A DNA stretch of 34,067 nucleotides from a virus (taxonomy: Duplodnaviria > Caudoviricetes). The translations under genes and the position numbers were made by a program. The first letter of the stretch is position 1. Every line of letters starts with the position of its first letter. Of this stretch, positions 33,490-34,067 are shown in pieces. The notes below the pieces were generated by a model. That model saw only the letters and a program-made list of their open reading frames with translations. It made no database searches and was not told where the DNA came from. The DNA is taken from positions 1 through 34,067 of IMG/VR virus record IMGVR_UViG_3300021959_000189, one strand, 5' to 3'.

Positions 33490-34067
33490 GAGTATTGATT
33501 GCATGCGAATATAGCGGGAAGGTAAGGGAGGCTTTCCGCGCCCTTGGCCATGATGCTTGGAGTTGCGACCTGTTACCCTCCGACAATCTAACCGACTACC
33601 ACTACACGGGCGACTGTTGGCCAGTCATATCTGAGGGCTGGGATTTAATCATTATGCACCCCCCATGCACTGCGCTGGCCGTATCAGGCAATAGATGGTA
33701 TGGAAAAGGAATGCCCAAACATCAACAGCGCCTCGACTCGATAGAGTGGACTCTAGCCTTCTATGAACACGCCAAAAAACACGCACCCCGCGTAGCCTTC
33801 GAGAATCCCGTGGGCGTACTACCTATTAAACCTACCCAATACATCCAGCCGTGGCAATTTGGCCACCCTGAGAGCAAAAAGACGGGCCTATGGCTTCACA
33901 ACTTGCCGCCACTAGTCGAGACCGATAACGTAAAAGAGCTATACGACACACTTCCAAAAAATCAACAGCAAAGGTTGCACTATTTACCACCAAGTGCTGA
34001 CCGCTGGAAAATCAGATCAGAGACATTTACCGGAATAGCAGAGGCGATGGCCTCTCAGTGGAATAGC
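33486..34067 (+). CDS. Phage C5-cytosine DNA methyltransferase-like protein (runs off the window end; continues at 2..157)
   Basis: Absent from the ORF track; translated by hand as MRVLIACEYSGKVREAFRALGHDAWSCDLLP...WDLIIMHPPCTALAVSG...FENPVG...IQPWQFGHPESKKTGLWL...RSETFTGIAEAMASQW. It has an N-terminal SAM-binding strand, catalytic PPC (motif IV) and ENP (motif VI). ATG overlaps the upstream stop. Confidence 0.8.
   Translation, partial: MRVLIACEYSGKVREAFRALGHDAWSCDLLPSDNLTDYHYTGDCWPVISEGWDLIIMHPPCTALAVSGNRWYGKGMPKHQQRLDSIEWTLAFYEHAKKHAPRVAFENPVGVLPIKPTQYIQPWQFGHPESKKTGLWLHNLPPLVETDNVKELYDTLPKNQQQRLHYLPPSADRWKIRSETFTGIAEAMASQWNS
33914..34067. repeat. Terminal overlap, right copy; last 28 nt are a variant of 127-154
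   Basis: 33914-34039 equals 1-126. Then come synonymous differences GCG/GCA, TCA/TCT and CAA/CAG, and divergence after the TGG codon. Confidence 0.95.

Overview
This window is an essentially complete ~33.9-kb tailed-phage genome with a podovirus-type virion. Bases 1-126 are identical to 33914-34039, so the unit length is about 33,913 bp. It has four modules. (i) A rightward early region (31970 across the junction to ~420) holds small acidic ORFs, an Ocr-like protein and a C5 DNA methyltransferase that spans the junction. (ii) A leftward recombination arm encodes a DUF1071/Sak-like annealase, a YqaJ exonuclease, SSB, a metallophosphoesterase and DUF3310. (iii) A rightward lambdoid-style replication arm encodes a Cro-like HTH, an O-like initiator with internal iterons, and NinB-like and NinG-like proteins. 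(iv) A long leftward morphogenesis operon runs TerS, TerL, portal, scaffold, capsid, adaptor, nozzle, four internal virion proteins, fibres/spike, S74 chaperone, head spike, holin and M15 endolysin. I see no integrase, CI repressor, DNA or RNA polymerase, tRNA or CRISPR array. The most notable unexplained signal is a ~60-nt three-way-junction plus pseudoknot element present twice (335-393 on +, 1772-1829 on -). Its stems differ by compensatory changes, and each copy begins on the G of a TAG stop codon. All family assignments come from motif recognition by eye, not from database searches.
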